Shown: positions 35,499-47,502, counted from the stretch's first letter. The stretch is 64,000 bases of DNA from an uncultured Acidobacteriota bacterium (GCA_963784065.1 CAWAQA010000009.1:464201-528200); one strand, 5' to 3'. Made by a program: numbers and translations. Notes: a model not told the origin generated them from the sequence alone.

Positions 35499-37393
35499 AT
35501 GGATGCTACAGCGACACGCGAAACACTCGGGTTCCAGGCGGAGGTCAAGCAGCTCCTCCACCTGATGGTCCATTCGCTCTACGGCAATAAGGAAATCTTC
35601 CTGCGCGAGCTCGTGTCGAACGCCTCGGACGCCGCCGACAAGCTGCGGTTCGAGGCGATCACCGACGCCGCGCTGTTCGAAGACGACCACGACGTGCGGA
35701 TCCACGTCAGTTTCGATGCTGCCGCGCGGACCATCACCGTTTCCGACAACGGCATCGGCATGTCACGGCAGGAGGTGATCGACGAGATCGGGACGATCGC
35801 CAAGTCCGGCACGCGCGAATTCGTCCAGCAGCTCACCGCCGAGCGCGCCAAGGACGCCAACCTGATCGGGCAGTTCGGTGTCGGATTCTATTCGGCCTTC
35901 ATCGTTGCCGACCGGGTCACGCTGCTGACGCGCCGTGCCGGCCTGGCCGCCGACCACGGCGTGAAGTGGGAGAGCACGGGCGAAGGCGAGTACACGGTCG
36001 AGACGATCGAGAAGGCCACGCGCGGCACGGACGTCATCCTGCACCTGCGGCCCGAGGAGGACGAGCTGCTGTCGAGCGGGCGGTTGCGGGAGATCCTGCG
36101 CAAGTACTCGGACCACATCACCGTACCCATTCTCATGAAGAAGGAGACAGTGGGACGCGGACGCGAAGAAGCAGGTGCTCACCGACGAGGACGAGCAGAT
36201 CAACCAGGCCTCAGCGCTGTGGGCCCGGCCCAAGTCGGAGATTACCGACGAGCAGTACGACGAGTTCTACAAGCACATCGCCCACGACTTCGAGCCGCCG
36301 CTCGCGCGCGTCCACGCGAAGGTCGAGGGCCGCCAGGAGTACACGCAGCTGTTCTTCATCCCGAAGCGGGCGCCATTCGACCTGTGGGATCGCGAGCAGC
36401 GCCACGGCATCAAGCTCTACGTCCGGCGCGTCTTCATCATGGACGACGCCGAGGACCTGATGCCGACGTACTTGCGGTTCGTTCGCGGCATCATCGATTC
36501 GGCGGACCTGCCGCTGAACGTCTCGCGTGAGATCCTGCAGCAGTCGCGCGACGTACAGAACATCAAGGCGGCGTCGACCAAGCGCGTCCTCGGCCTGCTC
36601 GACGACCTCGCGGCGAAGGAGCCGGAGAAGTACGCCACGTTCTGGACCACCTTCGGCCGCGTGCTCAAGGAAGGCGCCGCCGAGGATACGGCGAACCGCG
36701 AGCGCATTGCCAAGTTGCTGCGCTTTGCCTCGACGCACGACGGGACCGAGGCGCAGACCGTGTCGCTGGCCGACTACGTCGGCCGGATGAGAGAGGGCCA
36801 GGAGGCGATCTACTACATCACCGCGGACAGCTTCGCCGCCGCGCGGAACAGCCCGCACCTCGAGATCTTCCGCAAGCGCGGCGTCGAGGTGCTGCTGATG
36901 TACGACCGGATCGACGAGTGGGTCGTGTCGTCGCTCACCGAGTTCGAGGGCAAGCCGCTCCATTCGGTCGCGAAGGGTGATCTCGACCTGAGCAAGCTTG
37001 GTGGCGACGCGGCAAAGGAGGAAGCGGCGAAGCCGGGCGAGGACGAGAAGCCGCTGCTCGAGCGGATCCAGGCCGCACTGAAGGATCGGGCCAGCGCCGT
37101 GCGCACCACCGAGCGGCTGACCGAATCGCCGGCCTGTCTCGTCAGCGACGAGTACGGCATGAGCATGAATCTCGAGCGGATCCTGAAGGCCGCCGGCCAG
37201 AAGGTCTCCGGCACGAAGCCGGTGCTCGAGATCAACCCGTGGCACCCGATCGTCAAGCGCCTCAAAGCCGAGGCCGACGAGGCGCGCTTCGCCGACTGGA
37301 GCCACATCCTGTTCGACCAGGCGATGCTTGCCGAGGGCGGACAGCTCGAGGATCCGGCCGGCTTCGTCAAGCGGCTGAACGAGCTGATCCTGA
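35499..37393 (+). pseudogene. htpG: molecular chaperone HtpG (Hsp90); frame change at 36150 and no in-frame stop at the 3-prime end
   Basis: [42 protein letters not shown] and [11 protein letters not shown] run up to ILMKKET. The sequence then continues as [10 protein letters not shown]...[11 protein letters not shown]...[11 protein letters not shown]...[12 protein letters not shown]...FVKRLNELI in the ORF 36175 frame. That frame has no stop until 38805. The real stop is probably the TGA at 37391 or the TAA at 37439, both in the +1 frame. Confidence 0.9.
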
Positions 37394-37467
37394 CGCTGGC
37401 AGGCGAGGGGCCATCCAAGCATTTGGTTGCCCGGACAATAAAGACCGTCGTTTCCCGCATCGCGCGC

Positions 37468-38301
37468 TCAGCGCGGAGTATCGCCGGCGAGCGTGACCCG
37501 GTGCATCACGCGTCGGTACCCGTGGTAGTCGTTGACCGGGTTGTGCAGCGTGCAGCGGTTGTCCCACAACGCGAGCGAGCCCGGCCGCCATGCGAAGCGG
37601 CACGTGAACTCGGGCCGCACCTGGTGATGGAACAGGAATTCCAGCAATGGAGCGCTCTCTGCCTCGGTCCACCCTTCGAAGCGGACCGTGTGCGCGCGGT
37701 TGACGTACAGGGCCTTGCGCCCGGTTTCCGGGTGCGTGCGGACCACTGGGTGGCGGGCAACGTACTCGCCGGCTGCGTCGGCGCGGCCGGCGCTGCGGAC
37801 GCGGTCCTCCCGAGTGCGGGTGACGTCAGCTTTAGCCGAGGTGCCGACGCCGATGAGTCCATCGAGCACGCGCTTCAGCCCGTCGGAGAGAGTCTCGTAG
37901 GCGAGGTACTGGTTCGCGAACAGCGTGTCACCGCCGTACGGCGGGACCTCCTGCGCCAGGAGCAGCGTCGCCATCGGCGGGCGTTCAAGGTACGTCGTAT
38001 CAGAGTGCCACACTCCGCCGAAATTGAGCGTCTCGTGTTCCAGCTTGATCACGGGAGTGATGCAGGGGAAGCCATCCAGGCCCTTGACGAATGGATACTC
38101 GACCGGCTGGCCGAACACGGAGGCGAGCGCCATCAGCCTCTCGGGCGCCAGTTGCTGGTCGCGAAAGAAAATGACGAGGTACTCGAGCCAGGCGGCTCGG
38201 ATCTGCGCGGTTGCGTCGGCAGACAGCGGTTTGGCGAAATCGATCCCGTGGAGCTCGGCACCGAGGGCGCCGGACACGCGTTTGACCTCCAACGCATTCA
38301 T
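37468..38301 (-). CDS. TauD/TfdA-family Fe(II)/2-oxoglutarate dioxygenase
   Basis: Intact 277-aa ORF with [45 protein letters not shown] and [14 protein letters not shown]. Confidence 0.85.
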   Translation of the reverse strand: MNALEVKRVSGALGAELHGIDFAKPLSADATAQIRAAWLEYLVIFFRDQQLAPERLMALASVFGQPVEYPFVKGLDGFPCITPVIKLEHETLNFGGVWHSDTTYLERPPMATLLLAQEVPPYGGDTLFANQYLAYETLSDGLKRVLDGLIGVGTSAKADVTRTREDRVRSAGRADAAGEYVARHPVVRTHPETGRKALYVNRAHTVRFEGWTEAESAPLLEFLFHHQVRPEFTCRFAWRPGSLALWDNRCTLHNPVNDYHGYRRVMHRVTLAGDTPR

Positions 38302-38316
38302 TCGCCTGCTGTCTCC

Positions 38317-39622
38317 CTACGCAGACGCAAGCGCCGCGCGACGCGTCGCGAACTGCCGGCGGCCGGCGACGTAGATCACGGCGCCGATCATCGTCATGAG
38401 ACCAACCGCGCCCACTGCGGACAGCCAGATCCCCTGGTACTCGCGCAGCGCCGTGCGGTCACCGCCGCTCATCGCGACGCCGAGATACCCGCTGAAGGCG
38501 AGTACCGTCGCGCCAACGATCTGCCCGAGCGTGTTGATGAACGCGAAGACGGACGCCGTCTTCTGCGGTCCGTAGGTCTCGCTGATCGAGGCAGTGATGA
38601 GGGGAAAGGAGTTCGCCGCCGGGGCGAGCAGGAACGCAACCAAGCCGATGAGCCAGATCGCGGTGACGCGCATGGAGAGCACCTGGAACGAGACGATCGC
38701 GACAACCAGGCAGCCGATGACCATCGCGATGCGCGACACGCCACGCCGCACCAGCGCGTCGGAGACCGAGCCCGAAAGCGGTACGCCGACTCCCCGCCCG
38801 AGTAACGAGGTACACGACCATGGCGAGAAAGCCGCCGGCGACGGCTGCTCCGTTGACGTCGTAGCCGTACGCGGTGATGTAGACATCGGTGCAGTAGAGA
38901 GCGATCCACGCCTGCGCGGTGCGCATGGCAATCACCTGCGCGCAGAAGAGTGCCGCGTAGCACCACAGCAGCGCGTCGGGCAGCATGTCGCGCGTGAATG
39001 GGTGCCGGGTCGTGGCCTGCGTCCGCGGTGGCGCCGACCGGAGGAACACGAGCGACACGATGCCGATCGCCGCAATCGCGACCGCCATCATTGACGTTGC
39101 ATTCCGCCAGCCCGACGCAAAGTGGATCGAGAGCACCGGGAGCAGGAAAAATGCCGTGCTCTCGCCGAGCGCCCCTCCAAGGCCACCGAGCAGTCCCTGG
39201 CTGAGCCCGCGCTCGTTCGGCGGAAACCATCGCGCGAGCGCACCCGCGACCGCGACGTAGGCCGCTGCGCCGGCGGCGCCCGCCGCGACCCGCCAGAACA
39301 GAAGCGCCGCCTCGGACTGGCTGGTAGCGAAGCCGGCCATGGCGCCCGCGGTCAGCAACATGCCGGCCGCCGCAATCCCGCGGCTCCCGAACCTGTCGGA
39401 GGCGATGCCCCAAGGCAGCTGAAACAGGGCGTAGGCATAGAAGAACACGGATCCAAGCAGCCCCAGCGCCGCCGTGTCGAGTTCAAAATCGGCCGCGATG
39501 AACTTCTGTACGCCGGTGTAATTCTGGCGTGCGAACTGGCTCGTCGCGTAGGTCAGCACGGCGAACAGCAGCACCACCCAACGGTATGCCGCCCTTGACG
39601 TGACGCCAGGCTGGAGATTCAT
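38317..39622 (-). pseudogene. MFS transporter; one frame change at about 38810
   Basis: The N-terminal six-helix half is in ORF 38459-39622 (WGIASDRFGSRG motif). The C-terminal half is in ORF 38317-38931 ([17 protein letters not shown]...). Confidence 0.75.
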
Positions 39623-39783
39623 CCGTCCCCCAATCGACCGACCAATATATAGGAACTACGTCAGTCGAATGAGCCAGGCGGTCATCGCGCCGTGAGGCAT
39701 CGACGGCGTCAGCGGAACAGCCGGCCGACAAGGTCGACGCTTGCCGTCCTCGTTTCCATGCGATACGACAAGCGCCAACGCAA

Positions 39784-40704
39784 TCAGATGGGAGCCTTCA
39801 ACCGGCCATCGGAGCGCGGTGCCCGGGTCCGTTCGTTCATTTCTTCTTCGGCGGCCGTCCGCGCCCCTTCGCGCCTCGGCCCTGTTCGTCCGCCGAATAC
39901 CGCTCGCCTCTTACGTGCCCGTACGACCGAGACCGATGCCGCAAGGGGGTACGATTCGCAGCTTACGTCGCCGCATACAACGACCGTTGCGAGGACCGTG
40001 GCCGGTCCCCGTTCGAATAGTCCAACCCGAGGAACGGGGCGTGTCGTCCAGCGTGTTCGGCCGTTGCAATTGATTTCACTGAAGGGAAAACTGGCCCACG
40101 TCGGCTGACGACGATCTTTCGGGCCTTTTCGAACCGTTTGCGTTACTTCGCCACCGATGAAGACCACCGACGGTTGTGAACACGTGATGGAACCCCGTAG
40201 TGTCAGAAGGCCGGGCTGACGGAGACTCGCCACCGATTCGACACGGAGCTGCGGCAGCTCACGTGCCGTCGCCACGGTGAACACGAGATCACCGCCAGGC
40301 CCGCTTGCGAACGATCCGACCATGAACAGATACGTCACCCCCGCGACCACGCTCAGGCGCAGCTCGGACTGCACGGTGTCACCTGTGTCGTCGTTGCACG
40401 CGATGGCGAGGATCCCCGCCGCATCCTGGATATAGGCCGACAGCGTCGTGTCATAGCTGCTGCCGAATGTGCTAATCGCGAGCTCGGCATCTTCCTCCGC
40501 GACGAACGAGTACCATACGGTCGCACCTTGTCCTGCACAGTCCGGGTCGCTAGGGGCGGTCGTTGCGTCCCGCGTGTCGATCGCGTTGACGAAGGGCAAG
40601 ACGTCGATTCGGGTCGCCCGGCGCACGTTATCGTTCGAGGGGACGCTCGCGAAGAGGGGACAACTGATCAGGGACATGCCGATGGCGGCAATAAGCGTAC
40701 GCAT
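39784..40704 (-). CDS. secreted hypothetical protein (N-terminal domain with pre-peptidase-C-terminal-like pattern)
   Basis: Signal peptide MRTLIAAIGMSLISCPLFA, then ATRIDVLPFVNAIDTRDATTAPSDPDCAGQGATVWYSF...TTLSAY...ACNDD...YLFMVG. The C-terminal 60 aa are low complexity and the true stop is uncertain. Confidence 0.45.
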   Translation of the reverse strand: MRTLIAAIGMSLISCPLFASVPSNDNVRRATRIDVLPFVNAIDTRDATTAPSDPDCAGQGATVWYSFVAEEDAELAISTFGSSYDTTLSAYIQDAAGILAIACNDDTGDTVQSELRLSVVAGVTYLFMVGSFASGPGGDLVFTVATARELPQLRVESVASLRQPGLLTLRGSITCSQPSVVFIGGEVTQTVRKGPKDRRQPTWASFPFSEINCNGRTRWTTRPVPRVGLFERGPATVLATVVVCGDVSCESYPLAASVSVVRARKRRAVFGGRTGPRREGARTAAEEEMNERTRAPRSDGRLKAPI

Positions 40705-40982
40705 TGCTACTTACCTTTCCTGCCGGGTTTTCGTGTGGACATCCGCGAAATAGCAATTGGGTCGTGGATGTAATCCAGCGCCCCGATCCAGGGGACTAGC
40801 GGAGGTCGCGATACAGAAGGCAGCGGCCGTGGCAGCGAGGAAATTGAGGAATTTCTTGTACTCAGCGTCGGCGACGTGGAAGACGCGGGCAGTACCTCTT
40901 GTAGCTGCCGCACGTTGCTTCCAGTCCCTTGCGGATCACTTCGCGCAGGCGGAGGTCAGTCACGCCGCGCAAGCGATGACCG

Positions 40983-42092
40983 CTAGCGATAGTTGCGGAA
41001 CGGAAGGAGGCATTCATGCTTCCGCAAGAAGTTGAGGAACTTCTTGTAATCGGACGCGCTCATGTTGAACATGCGCGTGAGGACCCGATAGTTGCCTCCT
41101 GACTTGCGCAGGCCGATTTCGATCAGCGCCTTGAGGTCCGTGCGAGTCAGATCGCGGTTCATGAATGGCTGATACACGACATCCCAGAACGACGCCCCGC
41201 GTGCCAGGTGGTCGTACAGCATGTCGGCGGTCGAGCGACGGCGGTCGCGCGTCGGGCGTACAGGCAAGGTCTGCGTCTCGCGCACGATCTCGGGAGGCAA
41301 GTCGGCCAGCCCTATCGTGTCATGCGGGGAATTGATGACGAGGCGCTGCACGACGTTATCGAGCTGTCGCACGTTGCCCGGCCACCTGAAGGCTTCGAAG
41401 GCAGCGCGCACCTCCGGCGCGAGTCGCCGCGGGCGCGCCGGGTCGGCGTGACGCGCCAGGAAATGGTCCGTCAACGGGAGGATCTCGTCCGCCCGGTCAC
41501 GCAGCGGCGGCACGTGCACACGCATCACGTTCAGCCGGTAATACAGGTCGGAGCGGAACTGGCCGCGGTCCGTCATCTCCTGCAGATCGCGGTTGGTGGC
41601 GGCCACGACGCGGCAATCCACCCTGCCCGTCCACTGATCCGCGCCGACCTTCTGGACCTCGCCGTTCTCCAGCACCCGCAGCAGCAGGCCCTGCATGCGC
41701 AGCGTCATCTCCCCCACCTCGTCCAGGAACAGCGTGCCGGTGTGGGCCATCTCGAACTTGCCAGGCTTGTCGCGATACGCGCCGGTGAAGCTCCCTTTGA
41801 CATGGCCAAACAGCTCGGATTCGAGCAGTGTTTCCGGCAATCCGGCGCAATTGACGGCCACGAACGGGCGATTCGCCCGCGGGCTGCAGGTGTGGATGTA
41901 GCTCGCGACCAGCTCCTTGCCAACGCCGGTCTCGCCTGTGACCAGCACGGCGGCACTCGTTGACGCGGCTCGTCTCGCTTGCTTGAGGACTTCGGCAAAG
42001 GTCGGACCGCCGATGAGCTCGTGCATGACCGGATCGTGTTTCGTATCCGCGACGGGATGATGAACAAAGGATGTGCTCGACCTCACTGTCAT
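40983..42092 (-). CDS. sigma-54-interacting transcriptional activator without receiver or sensory domain
   Basis: VLVTGETGVGKE, GSFTGA, GTLFLDEVGEM, RVLENGEVQKVG, RVVAATNRDL, DLYYRLNVMRVHVPPLRDRADEI and WPGNVRQLDNVV. The C-terminal tail is GGNYRVLTRMFNMSASDYKKFLNFLRKH. Only about 35 aa precede the AAA+ core. Confidence 0.8.
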   Translation of the reverse strand: MTVRSSTSFVHHPVADTKHDPVMHELIGGPTFAEVLKQARRAASTSAAVLVTGETGVGKELVASYIHTCSPRANRPFVAVNCAGLPETLLESELFGHVKGSFTGAYRDKPGKFEMAHTGTLFLDEVGEMTLRMQGLLLRVLENGEVQKVGADQWTGRVDCRVVAATNRDLQEMTDRGQFRSDLYYRLNVMRVHVPPLRDRADEILPLTDHFLARHADPARPRRLAPEVRAAFEAFRWPGNVRQLDNVVQRLVINSPHDTIGLADLPPEIVRETQTLPVRPTRDRRRSTADMLYDHLARGASFWDVVYQPFMNRDLTRTDLKALIEIGLRKSGGNYRVLTRMFNMSASDYKKFLNFLRKHECLLPFRNYR

Positions 42093-42295
42093 GTTGGTTC
42101 TCAGCTTTCCATGCGTCCGCGCAGTGTCTTTTGGAGTACCAAACGACAGTGCCTCCGGCGAAAATTGCGACGTCAGCTTATCCTTTTTCCGCGGTCCGGA
42201 CGACACTAGGGCCATCAACGGCGCGTCAAAAACGTCATTCTGACGGCTCGAGCATCACAAGGGCGCATGGGTATGCGTCCTGCACCATCGGCCGC

Positions 42296-43096
42296 GTGAG
42301 GGCCGGACGGTTGCGTCTGGGTACTTATGGCGGGTTCAAACTGATCCGTGCGCGCGGGTTGGGCCGATTGCCGCTTCGCGGGAAGAAAATCCAGGCACTC
42401 TGCGCGTATTTGACGCTGATCGGAGGAACCGCCGAGCGCGAGTCGCTGCGGACCCTGCTCTGGGGCGACGTGGATCCGAAGGCTGGCCGCCACAGCCTCA
42501 GCCAAACCTTGTCGCAGCTCCGGGCGCAGCTTGGCGTCGTGCATCCGCTACCTGTCGTGTTTTCGTACGATACGGTAAGTTTGGCTCCTCAGCTCATCAA
42601 GGCAGACCTGGATGCGGTCGAGCGCCTGCTCAGGCGCAATACTCCGGAATCGCTCCAGCTGGCCTGCCGTCTCTCGTCCGGCGAATTTCTCGCGGGGATG
42701 GATCTTCAGGAATCAGGGTTCGCAGAGTGGGTCGGCGCGCAACGTGGGCGCGCGCGCGGTCTCGCCTTCGATTCGCATTGGCGGTGTGCGATGATGGCAG
42801 TCGCGCGCGGCAGAAACGTCGACGCCCTCCTGTCGGCTCTCCGGCTCGTCGAAATCGACCCGCTCAACGAACATGGGCATCTGCTGTTGGCTATCTTGTA
42901 CGCGGATCAAGGTCAGGTTGGCGCAGCGCTGCGTCAGTACCATGCGTGCGCCCATTTACTCGAGACCGCACTGGGAAGAAAGCCCGGCGCGGAAATGGAA
43001 GAGCTCCGCCTGCAATTGCTCGCGTCGCCTGAAGCCTCGTTCACTCGGGCGACCGACATCGCGGCAGATCTCCACCGACGCCGACAAGGCGACTAG
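42296..43096 (+). CDS. SARP-like regulator (winged-helix + BTAD domain)
   Basis: RLPLRGKKIQALCAYLTLIGGTAERESLRTLLWGD...SLSQTLSQLR, then the BTAD pattern ALRLVEIDPLNEHGHLLLAILYADQGQVGAALRQYHACAHLLETALGRKPGAEMEEL. The start is uncertain (the ORF begins at 42071). Confidence 0.65.
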   Translation: MRAGRLRLGTYGGFKLIRARGLGRLPLRGKKIQALCAYLTLIGGTAERESLRTLLWGDVDPKAGRHSLSQTLSQLRAQLGVVHPLPVVFSYDTVSLAPQLIKADLDAVERLLRRNTPESLQLACRLSSGEFLAGMDLQESGFAEWVGAQRGRARGLAFDSHWRCAMMAVARGRNVDALLSALRLVEIDPLNEHGHLLLAILYADQGQVGAALRQYHACAHLLETALGRKPGAEMEELRLQLLASPEASFTRATDIAADLHRRRQGD

Positions 43097-43990
43097 GGCT
43101 GTGGCGCGACGCGGAACGTGACGACGGTCTCTGACTCGATCGGTACCCCGTCGAGTGTCGCCGGCTTGTACTCCCAGCGATGAGCCGCTGCCAGCAGGAT
43201 CAAGTCGTAATGCCCGTCAATGCCACGTTGTAAGGTGGCCGACTTGACCCTGCCGTCCGCGCCGATGCGAAGATGCACTGCACCTACGGCCTTTGCCACC
43301 AACTCAGGCGCCCGGGCAGCCGCCGGCCAGGACGGGATTCGTTGCGAGATCGCCACCGGCGGGAGCGGCACCGGCTTGCGTAGGGCAGTCGCGGGCGTGG
43401 GCGTCGGCGCGGGAGGTTCCGGCGAAGTGGACGACGTCGGCGCACGACTCGTGATGACGTCGATGAATCCAGACGCCAACAACCGCATGTCCGACACGTC
43501 GGCGAGATCACGGATCGCCGGATCGGACGCCAGAGCCAGCAGCAGGTCGAAATCCTTGCGCGCACCCTCTAACGAGTTTGCCTGGAACTGTTCGCGGCCG
43601 CTCGTGAAAACACGGCGCAGTAGTGAAGGGAGCACCTTCTGCTTCGTCTGTGTCAGGAGGGCGATGAAGCGCGGTGGCATGTCCTCCTCGACCCCGCGTA
43701 CCCTGGCGTAACAGTCACGAGGTCCTCCATCGCCCGCTGCGCTTCGGCTGTCCGCCCGAGCGCAAGCAGGGACAGCGCTCGGTACTGGTAAGCCTCGACG
43801 CCACCCTCCTCCGCCAAGGCGCGCAACGCCTCGACGTATTCGGCGTTCGCGTACAACACCCTCGCCTCCGCGACGCGGTCGGCGCTCTGTGCTGAGGCGT
43901 GCTGCGCACGCCGGCGACAAGGGTAATCACGGCAGCCGCCGCCATCAGTGCTCGGCTGCGTCGATGTGTCGCGGTTCTCGGATGTGCCAT
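43093..43990 (-). pseudogene. membrane-anchored TPR-like / Pro-rich / TonB C-terminal-domain protein; two frame changes
   Basis: Anchor MAHPRTATHRRSRALMAAAAVITLVAG (ORF 43715-43990). TPR-like VLYANAEYVEALRALAEEGGVEAYQYRALSLLALGRTAEAQRAMEDL (ORF 43653-43859). A Pro-rich linker, then TonB_C GAVHLRIGADGRVKSATL...AAAHRWEYKPATLDGVPIESETVVTF (ORF 43093-43920). Confidence 0.65.
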
Positions 43991-44020
43991 GGTTCGGGTC
44001 CTTTCGTCGCCGTCGGGGCG

Positions 44021-45089
44021 GTTACGGTCTCAAGTCGACGCTGACCCGGGCCGGTTCGGACGCCGTGACGAGGACGCGCCGCAGTGCCTCCCCAAGGACG
44101 GGGTGCCGAAATCGGATCTCGTACGACCCCACCGGCACGTCTATGTTCCCGAGCGGTGTCGAACCGAGCGGCCGCCCGTCAATCCAGACATCCGCCCAAG
44201 GCTGCGCGTTGACGCTGAGCGTTCCCGCTCGGCACTTGGGGCTGCACCGTCGTCACCTGTCGGGAGCGAACGGAGACGACCTCGATCGTGCGGTACCCGA
44301 TGGCCTCGTTCGACAGCACCAAATGGTGAATACCGGGGGCGAACTGCAAGCGCTCTTGCCCTGAGGTGCCGACCAGTTCACTGTTTTCGCTGATCCGCAC
44401 TTCAAACGGCATCGACACGGTCACCCAACCCGGAGGCGCGGAGTGCGGCGGGAACCGGCACCAGCAGAGAGGTCGTGCCGTTCGGCTGAATCGCGACGCT
44501 GTGCTGAATAATGCGCTCGTCGACTTCCAACACCACGTCGTGCTGCCCCGACGAGAGCCCGCGGATCGTCAGTGGCGTCGTGCCCTGCCGTTCGCCGTCG
44601 ACGATGACGACACCCTCGCCGGCGCCCGTCGTCCTCACGTCGAGCTGTCCGACGGGCGGAACATCGATCCGTTCCGCAACCGCGGCGAGGACCGGAGGGC
44701 GAGCCGCAGGGCCGGTGACATCTCCATTCGCGGCCTCGGCGACCGGCTGGTCCAACGGCCGTGTGCCTACGCCTGGAGTCGTAGCCATTTGCCATGCGAT
44801 GACCACCGCCTCGCCGATGGCGAGGAGGAGGAGCAGGATGGTCGCGACAGGGTGGCGGACCGGCACCGGCGAGCGCGCCGCACGCGTTTGGAGGGCCTGA
44901 TCACCGTCTTCCTCGGTCATCGCCTCGGGCTCTGTCTGCCACGAGGCTCTCCCGGGCGGCGCTCTCTACCACGTCGTCGGTGGATCCGGTCTCCGGCGGC
45001 GGAGGGGGCCACGACAGCGCCGCAGCCGCGCCTGCATCCCCGCGCCGAGCATTGAACCGTGCACCGACGGAACCTGAGCTCTGCGTCAT
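44021..45089 (-). pseudogene. membrane-anchored protein with three PEGA-like domains; two to three frame changes
   Basis: TM: VATILLLLLAIGEAVVIAW. PEGA-like units: QLDVRTTGAGEGVVIVDGERQGTTPLTIRGL, WVTVSMPFEVRISENSELVG and LSVNAQPWADVWIDGRPLGSTPLGNIDVPVGSYEIRF. The N-terminal 60 aa (start 45089, AAGGAAAG upstream) are tentative. Confidence 0.55.
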
Positions 45090-45905
45090 TGCATTCTTTC
45101 CTTGTGGAAGGACCCTCGTGAACTGCCGCCTCGAATTGCGGGCGGCCGCAGTATATGGAGTTGCCATCGGGCAGACATGAGATCCGAAGCGGATTACGAG
45201 TAGGACCTCTGATCCTAGGTGTAGGTAAGTTCTGTCCAGCCGTATCAGTCCGTATCGGCCGCGCGCCGCCGCCGCAGCTGCAGGCATGACAACGGGGGAC
45301 AGCGGGGAGCGGTTTGGATCAACGGTGTTGGGTCGCCGAGCGGCCCGGATTCTGCACTCCGCGGCACCATCTCCGCCCTCACACTCGTCCGCGCGCGAAG
45401 GAGTCCCATGTCCGTTCGTCTCCCGTACAACGCGTTGTCAGTTCGTTCATTTCTCCCCGCCACGTCATCGCTCACGATCTGGCAGACGGCTATCAGTCGT
45501 CAGACGTTCACGTACAGACTGTCATGCTCAGCCTACCGCGCGAACGCGGAACAATCGGACAGCGCGACCCGCTCGTCCGCCTGACGCACAGCACCTGCAA
45601 CTGCTCGAGGGCTCCGCTGCGTAGACCGCCTCGCACGGTGGTGCAGCAGTCCGCGCCGACGTCGTGCGCCGATCGGTGCGCGGGCTGTTGCCCGGTTCAC
45701 GCACTGACGGCCGCGCACGTTCGTCAGTTGCGCCCAGCACCGTAAGAACGTCACCTCCCCGGTGTCGGGATCACTCGGGAATGCATCACAGCACTACTGC
45801 ATTCGCCGGCGTGGAGGTGGACTGAGCGGCGGCAGCTGCTCCCCAAAACTCTTGGGCGCGCACTCGATCGCGGTCGAGGTGCGCCTACATATCGATGGAG
45901 TTCGA

Positions 45906-47488
45906 ATGCTAAGTGAAAGATTCAACGGATACTGGCGCCGGTGGGCGCCGTCAACGCACGCAGCACTCGCGGTCGTATTGGTGCTTGGTGCGACAGAGGC
46001 GCGGGCGCAGGTTGCCAACGCAAACATGGTGGAGTTCCTGCCCTCGGCAGACCACGCGCGCAAGCTCGCGTCGGGCAAACCTGCGGTCACGGAGTATCAG
46101 CTCGAGTTCTACCAGAAGGGATCGCTCGATTCCGTGCTGTCACTACGGATCGGCAAGCCGGCGCCGCAGGCGGACGGCATGATCCGCGTCGACTTCGCGA
46201 AGCTGCTGCAGGTCGTGCCTTTGCCGAACGTTGCGAGCGAACTGCGCGTCGCAGCGATCGGAAGTGACGCGGTGGGCGTGAGCACACCGTCGAACTCGTA
46301 CGTGCACGAATGCGCTTACGCCGTTACGCCAAGGTTCGGCCTCCTTCAGCGCAACCGGCGGCGTCGCCGCCGCGACGGTCACCGTGTCGCCGAAGTGCCC
46401 GTGGTCCGCAGCCACAGGGGCCTCGTGGGTGACGCTGTCGGCAACCGGTGGAGTGGGCTCGGGGTCCGTGTCCATCAGGGCGGCGGCAAACAGCCTGGCA
46501 ACTGCGCGTACCGCGATCCTTACTTACCGTGAAGGACACCGACATTCGGGTTACCCAGAGCGGCGCCAATGGGCCGGGTGGGAAGGACGAAACGGTGAGA
46601 TATCTCGGCGATCAGCCCTGGACGTCCATGACGAACGGCTGGGGCCCGGTGGAGAGGAACCGCAGCAACGGAGAGGCCGGCGCGACCGACGGCAGGACGA
46701 TAACACTCGGCGGACGCACATACAGCAAGGGCCTCGGTGTGCATGCCGCGTCCCAGGTGCGCTTCGCGACCGGCGGCCAATGTTCGACCTTCCTCGCTGA
46801 CATCGGCGTCGACGACGAAGTAGGTGACCTCGGCAGCGTCGTCTTCCAGGTGTGGGGCGACGGCACGAGGCTCTATGACAGCGGCCTGCTGCGCGGGAGC
46901 AGCAGCACGCGGTCGATCGACGTCGATATCAACGGTCGCCGCGAGGTTGCGCTTACGGTCAGCACGGGCGGCGACGACGACGGAAGCGACCATGCGGACT
47001 GGGCCGACGCACGCATGCTGTGCGCGGACACGGGATCGCCGGCGCCCGCCACGAAGTTCATCAGCGACGGCGCATGGACGACGATCAGCAACGGCTGGGG
47101 TCCGGTGGAGAAGGATCGGAGCAACGGCGACAACAATGCGCTGGACGGCCGGCCGCTGACGCTTGGAGGCGTGGTTTACGCGAAGGGCCTCGGTGTGCAC
47201 GCCGGCTCAGAGGTCCGCTACCCGCTGCACGCAAGGTGCTCGTCGTTCCAGGCCCAGGTCGGCGTGGACGACGAGGTGGGCTCACGCGGCTCCGTCGTGT
47301 TTCAGGCATGGGCGGATGGGGCGAAGTTGTTCGACAGCGGCGTGATGACCGGTGCAACGGCGACCAAGTCGCTGGCGGTGGATGTCAGCGGACGGCAGGA
47401 GCTAGTGCTGACAGTGACGGATGGTGGGAACGGAATCGGCTCGGACCACGCCGACTGGGCGAACGCCCGCGTCACGTGTGCACAGTGA
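45906..47488 (+). pseudogene. secreted protein: N-terminal beta-sandwich, BACON-like domain, two NPCBM carbohydrate-binding modules; two frame changes
   Basis: A signal peptide, then CAYAVTP/GSASFSATGGVAAATVTVSPKCPWSAATGASWVTL (BACON-like). Two copies follow of GWGPVE.NRSNG...DGR.(I/L)TLGG..Y.KGLGVHA.S.VR......C..F.A.(I/V)GVDDEVG..GSVVF..W.DG...(Y/F)DSG and GSDHADWA.AR (NPCBM). Confidence 0.7.
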
Positions 47489-47502
47489 CAGAGGCATTGA
47501 CT

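Noticed and set aside
36175-38805. An 876-aa ORF, the longest in the window, that could be mistaken for a giant HtpG fusion protein.
   Set aside because: Only the first ~405 residues are HtpG (they end at ...FVKRLNELI). The rest is antisense read-through of the TauD-family gene and the MFS gene. It stays open because of the GC content and because the htpG stop is out of frame (TGA 37391 or TAA 37439 in the +1 frame).
40705-45300. Sigma-54 promoters (TGGCAC-N5-TTGCW) near the two activator genes and upstream of the PEGA operon.
   Set aside because: The closest strings have the wrong GG-to-GC spacing or lack the GG: TGGCAACTCCATATACTGC at about 45140 on the minus strand, and TCCACGACCCAATTGCT at about 40750 on the minus strand.
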